Of a DNA stretch of 64,000 nucleotides, positions 47,946 through 60,827 are shown piece after piece. Under the pieces are notes generated by a model, which was not told the DNA's origin, did no database searches, and saw nothing but the letters and a program-made list of their open reading frames with translations. The stretch is from the human T2T-CHM13v2.0 reference genome, Homo sapiens. Both the position numbers and the translations under genes were made by a program. The DNA is taken from the NCBI RefSeq assembly GCF_009914755.1, contig NC_060936.1. One strand, written 5' to 3'. Numbering within the stretch: position 1 is the first letter of the stretch; each line of letters begins with the position of its first letter.

Positions 47946-48276
47946 GATATACAGATGGCAAATAAGCATATAAAAAGATGCTTCCCATCATATGTCATCA
48001 GGGAAAAGCAAATTAAAATTTATTATCTTTATTATTTATGTATTGATTTGGTAAGATATTGCTTTAAGAAAAGCTATTAGACTATAAGTGCCCCCAATAT
48101 TTATGTATGTTGCCTCAATGTTCAAAGCTTATCTTTTTTTTTAGCAAGTTGATCTGTGTCTTAACTTTAATTCTATGCTAATTAGAAAATCTAAGAGAAT
48201 AACTAAAAGAAAGGACAATTTACTCAGTCCATCAGTGGTAGTCATGGCAGGAAATAGAATGCACAAACTAATTATT

Positions 48277-48529
48277 GCCAAACGCCACATGTTCCCACTC
48301 ATAAATGGGAGTTGAACAATGAGAACAGATGGACACAGGGAGGGGAATATCACACACCGGGGCCTGTCGGGGGTTGGGGGGCTAGCGGAGGGATAGCATT
48401 AGGAGAAATACCTAATGTAGATGATGGGTTGATGGGTGCAGCAAACCACCATCATATGTGTATACCTATGTAAAAAACCTGCGAGTTCTGCACATGTATC
48501 CCAGAACTTAAAGTATAATAAAAAATAAA
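48277..48529 (+). mobile_element. L1PA7-type 3' end
   Basis: gggatagcattaggagaaatacctaatgtagatgatggg...cccagaacttaaagtataat. Confidence 0.88.
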
Positions 48530-50149
48530 GTCATGTAGAAAATGACTGCTATGAAAGAAACAATATAACTTATAATTCAATGGTTAATGTGATAGTAAAT
48601 ACATGGAAACGGAATTATAGAATTATAATATAGCAGATTCTATATTCAGGTACAGTTACTCTTTTTACTTGTAAAAATGGTGTAATCAAAGGAAATATTT
48701 TTATGCTATTTTTCTTAGTTTTTCATTTTCAAAGTCCCATTCCTAAATTACTACACTTACTGTACTAAAAATTCAAAACAAAAAATTGCTATGTACACAA
48801 AATATGAAAATTATCTGTAGATAAAATAGCTAGTTCATTAAGCGTCATTCCAATCATTTCAACCAGTAATGAAAATGCAATTACAATTTAATTTGTTTTA
48901 ATACCACCTTGCACTTCTTGGGCTGGAAAACACCATAAGGGAAGAAATCATATGTATCCTGTCTCCAGGGTCTACAATATTATGCTATTGAAATACTCAA
49001 TAAATATTTATTTAACAAAGAACATATTACAAGCATTATAGATTTTAACTACTTTCTCATTATGACACCAGTCTTATTTTTTCATTATTTAGATATCCAC
49101 ACAAATAATTCTTCCAGCATCCTGGTTTCTTGGTAACTTGACCTCCTTCCTTTTCTCCAAATATCTTGATCTCCATTATACCTTAGCTAACCACTCCCAC
49201 AGTCACACTCTTGAATGTGTCACTACCAATTACTGCACCCATTCCATAATCTCTGTTCTAAGCTTACTGTTCTTTGACTTTTACCTCCTATCTTTCTCTT
49301 AGCTCATTACTCTCACTAATACCTCGCTCCTACTATTTTTCAACTCTCCATCCAGTACACATAACCTATTGATTCTACCATCAATACACTGTCCCTTTTC
49401 ACCCTTATGTCCTCACTTGCCAAGTGACACAGCTTAAAATTCATAATATATCACTATAATAACTCCCTTTGATATATAATTTTAACCCCCTCACTTTGAC
49501 TTATTCTAGTAAAATTTAACTCTCTACCGGTTCTTACAAAATGCAGGTGAACATAGCTAGAGTCAAATATACAAATGCTTCATGTTCTCACTCTATAGAA
49601 TCATAATCACTTGTCACAAAAGGATTTTCAGTATCACCCCACAGCAATTGCATTACATTTGCTAATCAGTTCACTCTCCCACTTTGCCAAGCAATTCTTT
49701 TATGCATTCTCCTCTCTCTTCATACAACACTATCTCTCCTTTCTTTGCTCTCAGCTGATGACCTTGATTCCTATTTTCTTGAGAAAGCAGGGGAATAAGA
49801 AGAGAACTCTCACAGCCTCACATTTAAGTTTCACTTGCATCTGTGTTCTTTGACTATTCTTTGGGTCTTATTCAATTCACTACTATACTTCTATACTAGA
49901 TTTCATTCCCTTCTTATCTATGCAAGGACATTGCTTAAGTTACATTCTCATTCCTCTCCTTCTCCTTTCTCCTCCTATATCATCATATTTTTCTCTTTGT
50001 TCTGGCTGATTTGATTAAAATATATGCATTAATATGTTTAATCTTCCTATATTAGGAAAAAATGTTCTCGCAATCTCATATTCCTCCTCTACATACTAGC
50101 TTCTTTCTCTGCTTCCAGCAGAAATCTTTGAAAAAGTAGTTGACATTTA

Positions 50150-50199
<50 letters not shown>

Positions 50200-50444
50200 C
50201 TCATTCTTCTTTGAACTTACTCCAATTAGTTCTTTGTTCCCAGCATGGTGAAGAAATGACCAGTGACCTCTGCACTGATTAATCCAATGACCAATTCTCA
50301 GCTTTCATTCTACTAGACCTATCACCAGTTCATTGCTTCATTCTTCCTGATACAGTTTTCATTTAACCTCTAGGTCATTATATTTAAATTTGTTCCTTTT
50401 TGGTTTCCATTATTGGATTCTCCTTATCTTCCCTGTCTCCATAA

Positions 50445-50643
50445 GAGCTTCCCAGTAGATTATTCTGCATTATGAAAATGTTCAATAGTTCAATTCTCAG
50501 ATATGGTAGTTATTAGCCAGATGTGGCTATCAAGACTTGAAAAGTAACAATTGCACCAGAGGAACTGAAATTTCAACCTAATTTTAATTAATTTAAATGT
50601 TAACTTTTAGTAGCCACATCTGACTAATGCCGATCACAGCTCT
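50445..50643. mobile_element. MER3 (hAT-Charlie)
   Basis: tagccagatgtggctat...gaggaactgaaattt...tagtagccacat. Confidence 0.7.
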
Positions 50644-50801
50644 GTACTATTCCAGTCATTAGGCCTTGGAGCTTCCTTATCTATACTTAGTCCCTTACAA
50701 ATTACATTAATTTTCATACCTTTTAAGGGACGAAGTATAGATAAGAAAGCTCCAAGGCCTAATGACTGGAATAGTACAGAGCTGTTTTTTCACACCTTTT
50801 A

Positions 50802-52036
50802 TGCTGGGAAAACTGGCTAGCCATATGTAGAAAGCTGAAACTGGATCTCTTCCTTAAACCTTATACAAAAATTAATTCAAGATGGATTAAAGACTTACAT
50901 GTTAGACCTAAAAACCATAAAAACCCTAGAAGAAAACCTAGGCATACAATTCAGGACATAGGCATGGGCAAGGACTTCATGTCTAAAACACCAAAAGCAA
51001 TGGCAACAAAAACCAAAATTGACAAATGGGATCTAATTAAACTAAAGAGCTTCTGCACAGCAAAAGAAACTACCATCAGAGTGAACAGGCAACCTACAGA
51101 ATGGGAGGAAATTTTTGCAATCTACTCATCTGACACAGGGCTAATATCCAGAATCTACAAAGAACTCAAACAAATTTACAAGAAAAAAGCAAACAACCCC
51201 ATCAACAAGTGGGCGAAGGATATGAACAGACACTCTCAAAAGAAGACATTTATGCAGCCAAAAGACACATGAAAAAATGCTAATCATCACTGGCCATCAG
51301 AGAAATGCAAATCAAAATCACAATGAGATACCGTCTCACACCAGTTAGAATGGCGATCATTAAAGAGTAAGGAAACAACAGATGCTGGAGAGGATGTGGA
51401 GAAATAGGAACACTTTTACACTGTTGGTGGGACTGTAAACCAGTTCAACCATTGTGGAAGACAGTGTGGCGATTCCTCAAGGATCTAGAACTAGAAATAC
51501 CATTTGACCCAGCCATCCCATTACTAGGTATCTACCCAAAGGATTATAAATCATGCTGCCATAAAGGCACATGCACACGTTTGTTTATTGCGGCACTATT
51601 CACAATAGCAAAGACTTGGAACTAACCCAAATGTTCATCAATGATAGACTGGATTAAGAAAATGTGGCACATATACACCATGGAATTCTATGCAGCCATA
51701 AAAAAGGATGAGTTCATCCTTTTTTTGTGGGGACATGGTTGAAGCTGGAAACCATCATTCTCAGCAAACTATCACAAGGACAAAAAACCAAACACCACAT
51801 GTTCTCACTCACAGGTGGGAATTGAACAATGAGAACACTTGGACACAGGAAGGGGAACATCACACACTGGGGCCTGTTGTAGGGTTGGGGAAGCAGGGAG
51901 GGAAGGCATTAGGAGATATACATAATGTAAATGACGAGTTAATGGGTGCAGCACACCAACATGGCACATGTATACATATGTAACAAACCTGCACGTTGTG
52001 CACATGTACCCTAGAACTTAAAGTATATATAAAAAA
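50802..52036 (+). mobile_element. 5'-truncated L1PA5-type element
   Basis: ORF2 C-terminal ORF 50964-51272 and 3'UTR; TSD AATTTTCA(T/C)ACCTTTTA at 50709-50725 and 52035-52051. Confidence 0.92.
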
Positions 52037-53198
52037 TTTTCACACCTTTTAAACATAATCTATATGCTGATAACCCCCAATTTACATCTCCAGCTTGGAC
52101 CTCTCCCCTGACCTCCAAAACACTGCCTATTAGCTTTTCCACTTGCAAATCTAATAGGAATCATATACTTCACAAACATATCCAAAACTGATTTAGTGGT
52201 TCTGTAATCCTTCTCTTCCCGCTGTCTTCCCTATCTCTCAGTAAATTGCAACCACACCCCTCAAGATGCTTGGGCCAAGAACCCTGGAATTCTCCTTGAC
52301 ATCTGTCTTATTCCCATACCTTAATTACAATCCATCAGGACATCCTTTTGTTCTAGTAAAAATTAATAAGTGTTCCCACACTTTTCACCACTCCCATCAT
52401 CTCTTACCTAGATTATTGTAATAATCTCATAACTGGTATTTGCTTAAGCCCTTGACCCTTCCTCACCCTATATTCTCAACATAACAGCCAAAGTAATCGT
52501 TAAACACAAATCAAATCCTATTACTCCTCTGATCAAAATCTCTCAATAGCTTTCATAACACTTACAATAAAAGCCAATTTCTTCAAAATAGCTTTCAAAG
52601 CTCCACACAATCTAGCCTTCCTGATACTTCTCTCTTATCTCTTACTACTCTCCTATTTACTCATATTATAGTCCATCCATGCTGGCCTCCTTAATACTTT
52701 TTAAAAACATTACGCAAAGCATTTCCACAGGGCCTTTGCACTTGTCATTTGCTCTGCCTAGAGTAATTTTTACACAGTCAAGCTTATGGCTCATCTTCAG
52801 GCCTTAGAGATGTCAACAAGCCTTGCTTGTCCAATCTATTTAAATTTTCATCACTTTCTCTTTTCAAAGAGTTATCTCCTTAATTTTTTTCCTATAACAT
52901 TTACCATCACTGATATATTTGTTTGCTTATTGTCCATCTTGCCTCTGGTAGAATATAAGGTATAAAGGGCATATATTACTTATATCATTTATATTACCTA
53001 ATAGAGAACTTGGCAGAAGGTAAATATAACTCTGATATTTGATGTATAAACAAATTAATCAATTAATTGCTAATCAATGAAAAAATACCTAACCAAAAGA
53101 ATGGCATATAAAATTATTAGGGAAACGGTTTTTGTCTAATTAATAATCTACATTTGAGCTGACTCTTTTTATGGGCTAGAGTCATAGGAAATTAATTA

Positions 53199-53324
53199 TC
53201 TATGTCCTGCCTTCTCTAGTAGTTGCTTGATCTACTGGACAGCTCTTTTTATGTTGGGAGCTGGTTAGCTAAAACCATTTTATTCATAATAGCCAATGCA
53301 CAGGGCCTTGGATCTGAAGTACAT
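53199..53324 (-). pseudogene. FAAH-like exon 8 equivalent (126 nt; three stops, both splice sites damaged)
   Basis: MYFRSKALCIGYYE*NGFS*PAPNIKRAVQ*IKQLLEKAGHR vs VYTSSQPLRVGYYETDNYTMPSPAMRRAVLETKQSLEAAGHT. Confidence 0.9.
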
Positions 53325-54680
53325 TTGTAGAGAAAGAATATTTAAACATATCACAGGGAAGAAAATATGGTTAATGAGATACCATAGATTTTACTGGAAA
53401 AATAAAGACTTTGACAAAATATTTTCATTGTTTCTTATTGGTGACTTGGTTTATAGCAAGAAACATATGGCTTCAAATCCCCCACATGCTGCTAACTAGT
53501 TAGATCTAAACGGATTGTTTTATCTCCTGAATCTGTTAGCCCTGGAAAACTGGATAATGACATCTAACTTCTGGGGTTGCTGTGGAATTAATGTCACCCT
53601 ATTTATCATATAGGAGACATTCATAAATGATGCCTATTATTGTTTTAGTAGCAATGATATAATCGCTCTAAAATAATCATTTCTTTCAAGAAGCAGTGCA
53701 GGGCTTGGAGTTGCCAAGTTTATTTAATTCAGATAACAACTACTAAGTCCAACTTCTCAAGTCAATTTCCCAACATGCCAATCATTTTTGCTTGATTTAC
53801 TGACCAACAATCAACATAACCCTGAGTAGCCAACCTGAAAATGTAAGCTACAGTGCTAAGTAAGAGAAGTGATCAGAATCAGATGGAGCAGAGGAAGTGT
53901 ATCAAACCCAGGGCAATAGCAGCTCAGAAGTAAGCTAGCAGCAATATCATAAAGCTGATTAGACTAGTTGCTTGGAGGAGGCTGGGAAGATTGCCCAGTT
54001 TTCTAGACACAAGACAAATGTCCACAGGCAAAAGAGAATGACAGATTAAAGGTAGACCTCCGTAAGTGTAGCAGTGCCTAGGAAGCCCTAGTTAACATGA
54101 GTGCTGAATCTGGTAGGAGAGTTGCCACAACCTGTGCCCCCATTGGGCATTTCATTCAAACAGGGATCTCTGGTGAATGATTCAGAAGGTCTTGTTCTGT
54201 AAATGAGAAGAAATCTAGAGGCTTATTTAGTTACTCACTCTCTGTGACTGTTTTGACCTGGTATACTTGCTGAGCACTTACTATGTATTAATGGATGTAA
54301 CCCTCACCACGATGCCATGAGTTAGGTACCATGAATATTTCCACTTTACAAATGATTAAACTAAAGCAGAGAGCCAGTGGCTAGCTCAAGATAACACAGC
54401 TTATTATGGCAGAATTGGTATTCGAACTTAGGCAGTCAGGCTCCTGGGTGGAGTAAATCTGACTCTTTCAGATTTTTAGAACAGATAGAAAAATAAGATG
54501 ATTTTCCACTATGTTCAAATAAAGAAAACTGAAATACAATGAGCATCAAAATTTTTTTCAAAGTCAAATCATGTGTCTGAATTTGAAAACTGATTCCAAT
54601 GTTAATGGAGAATATTTTGCCCAGAGAGTAAAACACCTTTAGAATTCCCATCCCAATAAGGTCTTAGTGCTCTGCCTTAC

Positions 54681-54804
54681 CTCATCATTGAAGGAGAGAG
54701 GTGGCACTGAGGGATCTAGATGGTGCATTTCTGCACACAGCAATGCCTTCATGCACAGGGCCAGGCTGTCACATTTTTGGCTGCTGGCTGTAAGTTAGAA
54801 GTCA
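54681..54804 (-). pseudogene. FAAH-like exon 7 equivalent (124 nt; 1-nt deletion near 54771)
   Basis: TSNLQPAAKNV/DSLALCMKALLCAEMHHLDPSVPPLSFNDE vs RLSVGPMARDVESLALCLRALLCEDMFRLDPTVPPLPFREE; sites ttcactttcag and GAG/gtaagg. Confidence 0.93.
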
Positions 54805-55517
54805 CTGAAAGTGAAAGAATAAAATCATATTTAGATGTACCCTGGGAATGAGAAATAACCACTCCTGCTTCTGTTACTCCATGACCATCTCAAGAATTTT
54901 TAGGTTTTGGGAGGTGTTTTAAAAAATGTCCCTCGGTTATTTTCCATTACAGAAAAAAGTAACTTCTTGGGCAATCATACCAAATTCCATATGCTTTGTC
55001 TGAACATTTTTAGTCTGCCCAAGTGCATGTTCTAGGTGTTCTTTTATTCTTCTCCTACTTGAAATGTTATTTTGAGGATCACTGATCCAGAAAACAGTTC
55101 CTGATTAAGCTCATTTGTTAACAATATCACTAATGTACCTTAAAATTCTATGATAATGAGTATCATCACTGTACTAAAGCTCAAACTCAATCCATTATCA
55201 ACTTCTATCCTGCAAAAGTACAGGACATATTTTCATAAAGAGGGTGAGTTGATATGGTTGTTTCCAGATTCTGTGATATTCTAAATTCTCTTTAGTCATT
55301 CCATTTATATATACTGAATACCTGTTATGGATCAGATACTCAGATAGAGACTAGGGATACAGGAATAAATCAAAGTACAGAGATAGAAGCATGCCAGGAA
55401 GCAGATAATCACATTATGACAAAAATCACTGCCTTGAAGAGCAAGCACATAGGAGAGCCTCCCTACTCAGATCTTGTGGAGCAAGTCAAGAAACCTTTCC
55501 TGGAAGAGCTACTCTTT

Positions 55518-55890
55518 TTTTTTTTTTTAAATCAGTCACACTTTATTTTAAAATCTATTCTCTATTTTATTTTATTTTATTATTATTATACTTTAAGTTT
55601 TAGGGTACATGTTCATCCATGTCCCTACAAAGGACATGAACTCATCATTTTTTATGGCTGCATAGTATTCCATGGTATATATGTGCCACATTTTCTTAAT
55701 CCAGTCTATCATTGTTGGACATTTGGGTTGGTTCCAAGTCTTTGCTATTGTGAATAGTGCCGCAATAAACATTTATGCAGCCAAAAAACACATGAAAAAA
55801 TGCTCACCATCACTGGCCATCAGAGAAATGCAAATCAAAACCACAATGAGATACCATCTCACACCAGTTAGAATGGAAATCATTAAAAAG
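55518..55890 (-). mobile_element. L1PA3-type mini-insertion with 3' transduction, internal deletion and 5' inversion
   Basis: TSD TCCTGGAAGAGCTACTCTTT at 55498-55517 and 55891-55910. Confidence 0.9.
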
Positions 55891-56004
55891 TCCTGGAAGA
55901 GCTACTCTTTAACTTTTTATAGAAGTTTAAGATGTGTGTGGCTGTACAGGCTGACTTCATATTGATTTTTTAGATACAAAACTTAAAACAGGCAAAGGGA
56001 CTTA

Positions 56005-56045
56005 TAGTTTTCACGCCTGCCAAGGGACCAGTGATACTGAGCATA
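56005..56045 (-). pseudogene. Probable FAAH-like exon 6 equivalent (41 nt; splice sites damaged)
   Basis: MLSITGPLAGVKT; expected size, phase and position upstream of exon 7; followed by taagt, preceded by GG. Confidence 0.5.
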
Positions 56046-58308
56046 CCATAAAATAATTTTTTGCCATGTAAGTAATAGAGACCAAAGCTATTCACCTAAT
56101 TTTTCTATCATCTATGAAATAGAATCTACTTATACATTTATATAATGCAAAACCAGTTACTGAATGCTTATGGAGTTTAACTAACAAACGAAGCAGATAC
56201 AAATATTAATAATATGTAGTTTCCATACTCAAGAAGTTTTCCGCTTAGTGGAAGGCGGTTTTAGAACAGAACAGATAGGAAAAAATAAGCCCCTAGCATA
56301 TTTCAGATGTTAACAGAATAGAAGGAGCATGAAATAGGAAAACAAAGAGAAAAGAACAATGGGGGGAAATGAGTAGAAAGAAGACTTTCACTATAGCAAT
56401 TTTGCTTGTATACAAAGATCAGCATGATCTAATGAAGTTGAGTTATGGACAGAGGGTTCAGATTATCATATTAAGAAGCCACAATTATCTAAGCACTGTA
56501 AAAATTAAAGGCAAGCAACCCTAGCATGCTGCAGAATCTACCAAGAAAATATCTCTGTTAATAAGATAAGCAGTGAAGCACTGAGATGAAATAGCAGTGG
56601 CAATAAGTGATGGATGGTACGAAATGGAGCATCTCTCAATGTAATGTGTATGGCTCATTGATTTTAACCAAGAGCAGTTTGAAACAGAAACCACATAAAG
56701 TATATTAAGTAGTTGGGAAAACACTGAATGTTTAAAAATAACTTCGCAATTACCATATATAGGAAAATTCAATTCTGGGATTAAAAAAAAAGTGGGATTT
56801 TTCAGGGGATCCAGAAGTGAAATTATTAGGATTCATTAGGCTAATTAGAAGAATAAAAGCCCTATTCCCATCAACTTCTATGTTTGTGTCTTCCCTGCAC
56901 TCAAGAGCCTTTGTTGTGGGTCTAAACCACATTAGAAAGTCGTTGTTTTCTGGAAACTAGTCTGTAATTCTGGAAACATAGTGTAACAGACAATATTTTT
57001 TATTTGTACAGTACATTAAAACTTCCTTGATGCTCACAATAGCCATGACTGACATTATATTTTAAAAACCAAAGAATTATCAATTTTATCACCCAAGTAT
57101 AATATACTAATTCCTCCTCTCAATATGATTTGGGTCATTATATAAATTAATCTTTAAAATGTTTGTTCATTTTTATCTTGAAGTCAGCTTTAAAGGATCA
57201 TTCCCTAGTTTTAGACTTACTATTCAGGACTTAACTATTGCAAGAGTCAGAAGACTTGTTGGGATTGACAATTTTAAAAATAGTATAGTCAGTCTTCAGT
57301 AAAATTAATTGCAATTAATACAAGCAAGATTCTGCTTTCCTCATTTCAGTATATTTGTTTCTCTCTTGCTCTGAGAGATACCAGCCCAAGATTAGAAAAG
57401 CTACTAATGTTAATAGAGTACAAAAAAATGGTCTTCATGTAACAGTATTCCAGTGGTAGCCCTAATTATAGAGTGGCTATGACATTTTACAAAAAAAAAA
57501 AAAGGGTGCTGACTTATTCAGATGTCAAAGTATCTAGTTCTTAATTAAACAGGACTAAATTATTTGCTGAGAGCCTATTGAATTGCATACGACTCACTGT
57601 GGATAATTTATTGGAAGGGATAAGGATGTAGAAGGAGCCAGAATAAGTAATCCTCACTTTATTCAAAACCTAGAGTTAATTTCCACCCTCTGAAGGACAT
57701 ACTATGTCACTTACCTCAACTGAAAAAAAACGTTAACATAGTAAGCATTGGGAACCTAATAAATATTAGATGTTGCTCAAACACTTACACCATTCTCTTT
57801 TTTCCAGTTATTATTCTTTTGATTATAAATATTTGTAGTGTACCTTGCTTTAAATTGCATACATTCACATACACATTCAAGTCAAGAATGCAAGAACATT
57901 AGATCTCATGCATAACAGTACAAAAGGCAAGTGTTTTTAAAAGCTGTTTAATTATCACTTATGATCTAGCTATCATTATGCCTTTCTTTTGCACATTCCT
58001 TTGTGCCAGCTGAACAGAAATCTTCCCTGCTTTTCTATGTGTGCCACCCTTTCCTACTTTTTGGTTGCTTTGTGGTCTCAGTCTGACATTCCCTCTTCCG
58101 TCTTTGACCTATACAAATTTTCTCTGCTCTTTAACTCCTAGAATGATTCCATTTTATCGTGGAGCTTTTGTCATAGCCTCTACCATAGTGAAAATATTTT
58201 TTAGAGAAAATAAGAATGATATACATAACAACTGGAAAATAGTACAAGACAGCCTTTTTTGCCACCTCTCCTGCAACATTTTCTGTTCCTCAATTAAAAA
58301 AAAAAAAG

Positions 58309-58489
58309 AGTCTGGGTGCTCCTGAATTGGGTACATATATATTTAGGATAGTTAGCTCTTCTTGTTGAATTGGTCCCTTTAGCAGTATGTAATGCCCTTC
58401 TTTGTCTTTTTTGATCTTTGTAGGCTTAAAGTCTCTTTTGTCGAGACTAGGATTGCAACCCCTGCTTTTCTTTGTTTTCCATTTGCTTG
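58309..58489 (-). mobile_element. Isolated internal L1PA ORF2 (EN) fragment with no tail or TSD
   Basis: ORF 58290-58517 contains [27 protein letters not shown]. Confidence 0.85.
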
Positions 58490-58923
58490 CTACAAAGGAA
58501 TGTGCAAAAGAAACCAAGAAGTATGGGTGGAAATGTAGGTTAAAGTAAGGTTGTGGAGGGTCTTGATTTCTATATTAAGAAGCATAAACTTATCGGCATG
58601 AAATAAAATTTTACAAGAAGGAATGGTATAATGCTTTAGTGAGGGACCAACAATAGCTTTGTGTTTAACTTCCCTGTTCTGAGAAGCTTAGCAAAAAACA
58701 AATTCAGATATTTTTTTTCCCCTGGAAACTCTATGAAAGTTCTACTTTATATTCACCATACTAAGCCAAGAGTTCTAGAAGTTGTCTTCAAATAAATGTG
58801 TTAAAGTCCTTTAGTTCTTACATAGCTAGTACCCCTTAAACAATCTGGTCATAAAAATTGCCTCTCGATCTGAAAATATATCATTTAATTCAACAATGCC
58901 ATCTCTATTTATTTTATCGAAGC

Positions 58924-59170
58924 TAGTGTTTCTCAGTGTGATCACAGGACTCCTGGAGGTCTCAAAGAGTTTTATTGGGAATCGGTGAGGCGAAAACTAT
59001 TTTCATGATAATACTGAGATGCCATTTGCCTTTTGTTCTGTGTTGACATTGGCACTAATGGTAAAAAGCAGTGATGCACATAATAGATAGAATTGATGAC
59101 ATCTTAATCAGTAATTAAGTCATTGGCATCAAACTGTATTGGCAGTCATTGTATTCACACTCACACAAGG
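58924..59170 (+). mobile_element. Charlie1-type DNA transposon 5' end
   Basis: tagtgtttctcagtgtg...aaaactattttcatgataatactgagatgccatttgcc. Confidence 0.7.
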
Positions 59171-59461
59171 GCAGGGTTTTTTTTCCTTAATAATAACTTT
59201 TAAGAGGAAAAAGTGGTCTTGACAAAAAAGTTTGAAAGCACTAATGCAAAAAAGTAATGATGTAGGTGTAGAAAGTAAGAACAACAAAAAAAAAAGAAAA
59301 CAATCTGAACATCCAACCATAAAGGCTTCATTACATAAATTATGGCATACCCAAATAACAGAACACTGGAATCACTTCAAAGCGTGAAGAATTTCTCTGA
59401 GTATAGATGTTTAAATGTGTTCACAATATATTTTAATTGCAAAATCACAGACCAAAGAACA

Positions 59462-59515
59462 ATATATGTAGTACAATGGCATTTATCCATATATGTAGTA
59501 CAATGACATTTATCC
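59462..59515. repeat. 27-bp tandem duplication
   Basis: atatatgtagtacaatg(g/a)catttatcc x2. Confidence 0.9.
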
Positions 59516-59634
59516 ATATATGTATATAAAATTATACATAGAAATACTTGAAAATCAAATGGTATCTGATTATATTAATGAATTACATGTAGAAAATAAT
59601 TTTATTCACTTCCATTTGGGTTTTTCTGGTGTGT

Positions 59635-59985
59635 TTTTTAAACTTTTTTAACTCTAATTTTAGGTTTTGGGGTACATGTGCAGGTTTGTTATATAGATAA
59701 ATTGCATGTCACAGAGGTTTGGTACACAGATTTTTTTCACCCAGAAAATAAGCATAGTACCCAATAGACAGTTTTTCAGCCTTCAGTCTCCTTCCACCCT
59801 CCACATTCAAGTAATCCCTGATGTTGTTGTTCCCTTCTTTGTGTCCATATGTGTTCAATATTTAGTTCCCACTTAAAAGTGAGAACATGCAGTATTTGGT
59901 ATTATCTTCTTGTGTTACTTCACTTAGGATAATGCCCGCCAGCTCCGTCTATGTTACTGAAAAGGACATGATTTAATTCTATAAA
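59635..59985 (-). mobile_element. L1PA15/16-type 3' end
   Basis: ggggtacatgtgcaggtttgttatatagataaattgcatgtc. Confidence 0.8.
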
Positions 59986-60827
59986 AAATAATTTTAAATG
60001 GATATAAGAATTTAAATAAGAATGCCCATCGCAGTGTTATTTATCATTGTGAAAAATTGCAAAACTAATTATAATATTTTATAACATAAATCATAGTATA
60101 TCTGTCTATTCAAGGAAATACTTTACAACTATTAAATAAGGTTATAGAAGGATACATTGTCATAAGGAAATATGTTTATAATTCATGGTTTAGTAAAACA
60201 ATTAAAATAGAACATATTTCTGAAAAAACTCATATACATATATAAATATTAATAGCTTTATGTCTGCTTAATTGTATTGTCAGTGATTTTTATTTTCTTA
60301 TTATCTGCTTTCTGATTTTTTTACTTAGTAATCTTTGTTAATTGGTAAATGATCCTATGCTACCAAATACCAAATTGAATAACACTTCAGAAGAAGAAGA
60401 AAGGTTCTGAGAATAATATAGAATATTGTGTTTTTGGTTGTAGGAAGATTTAAGAGATTACCTTATTTTTATTTCATTGTCATTATATTTGTGCTGTGGC
60501 TTTGTAGTTACCATATAGTTTCACATGTATTGCTTAATCCTCAAAACTCCTCTCCATCTGTAGAAATACCTGTGTACAGCAGGTATTTTTATCATTATTT
60601 TTTATATAAGAAAATTGGGCATGTGTTTTATGTTATGATTTGCCTTCTGTCACTAGGCATGTACGTTATAACATATGCTGCCTCCAAATTCAGGGCTCTT
60701 TCTAATACATCATGATATTTAACAGGAAATTTGTTCATGTGACATTTGAGAAAGAAGATATTACATCTAATTATTATTATTATTCATAGGTGCTGAAAAT
60801 TGCACATAGACTTTTTTTAGTGAAAGA

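Larger units (their letters stand above)
49100..53060 (+). mobile_element. L2 (fragmented), interrupted by (TA)n at 50153-50195, MER3 and L1PA5
   Basis: L2-like ccagtgacctc..aatccaatgaccaattctcag; tatatgctgataacccccaatttacatctccagc; boundaries approximate. Confidence 0.7.

Noticed and set aside
57709-57760. Minus-strand IRFP followed by TTGAG/gtaagt as an exon 5 remnant
   Set aside because: No GGSSGG, GTDIGGS or CGLKPT around it, spacing is wrong, and the context looks like L2/MIR
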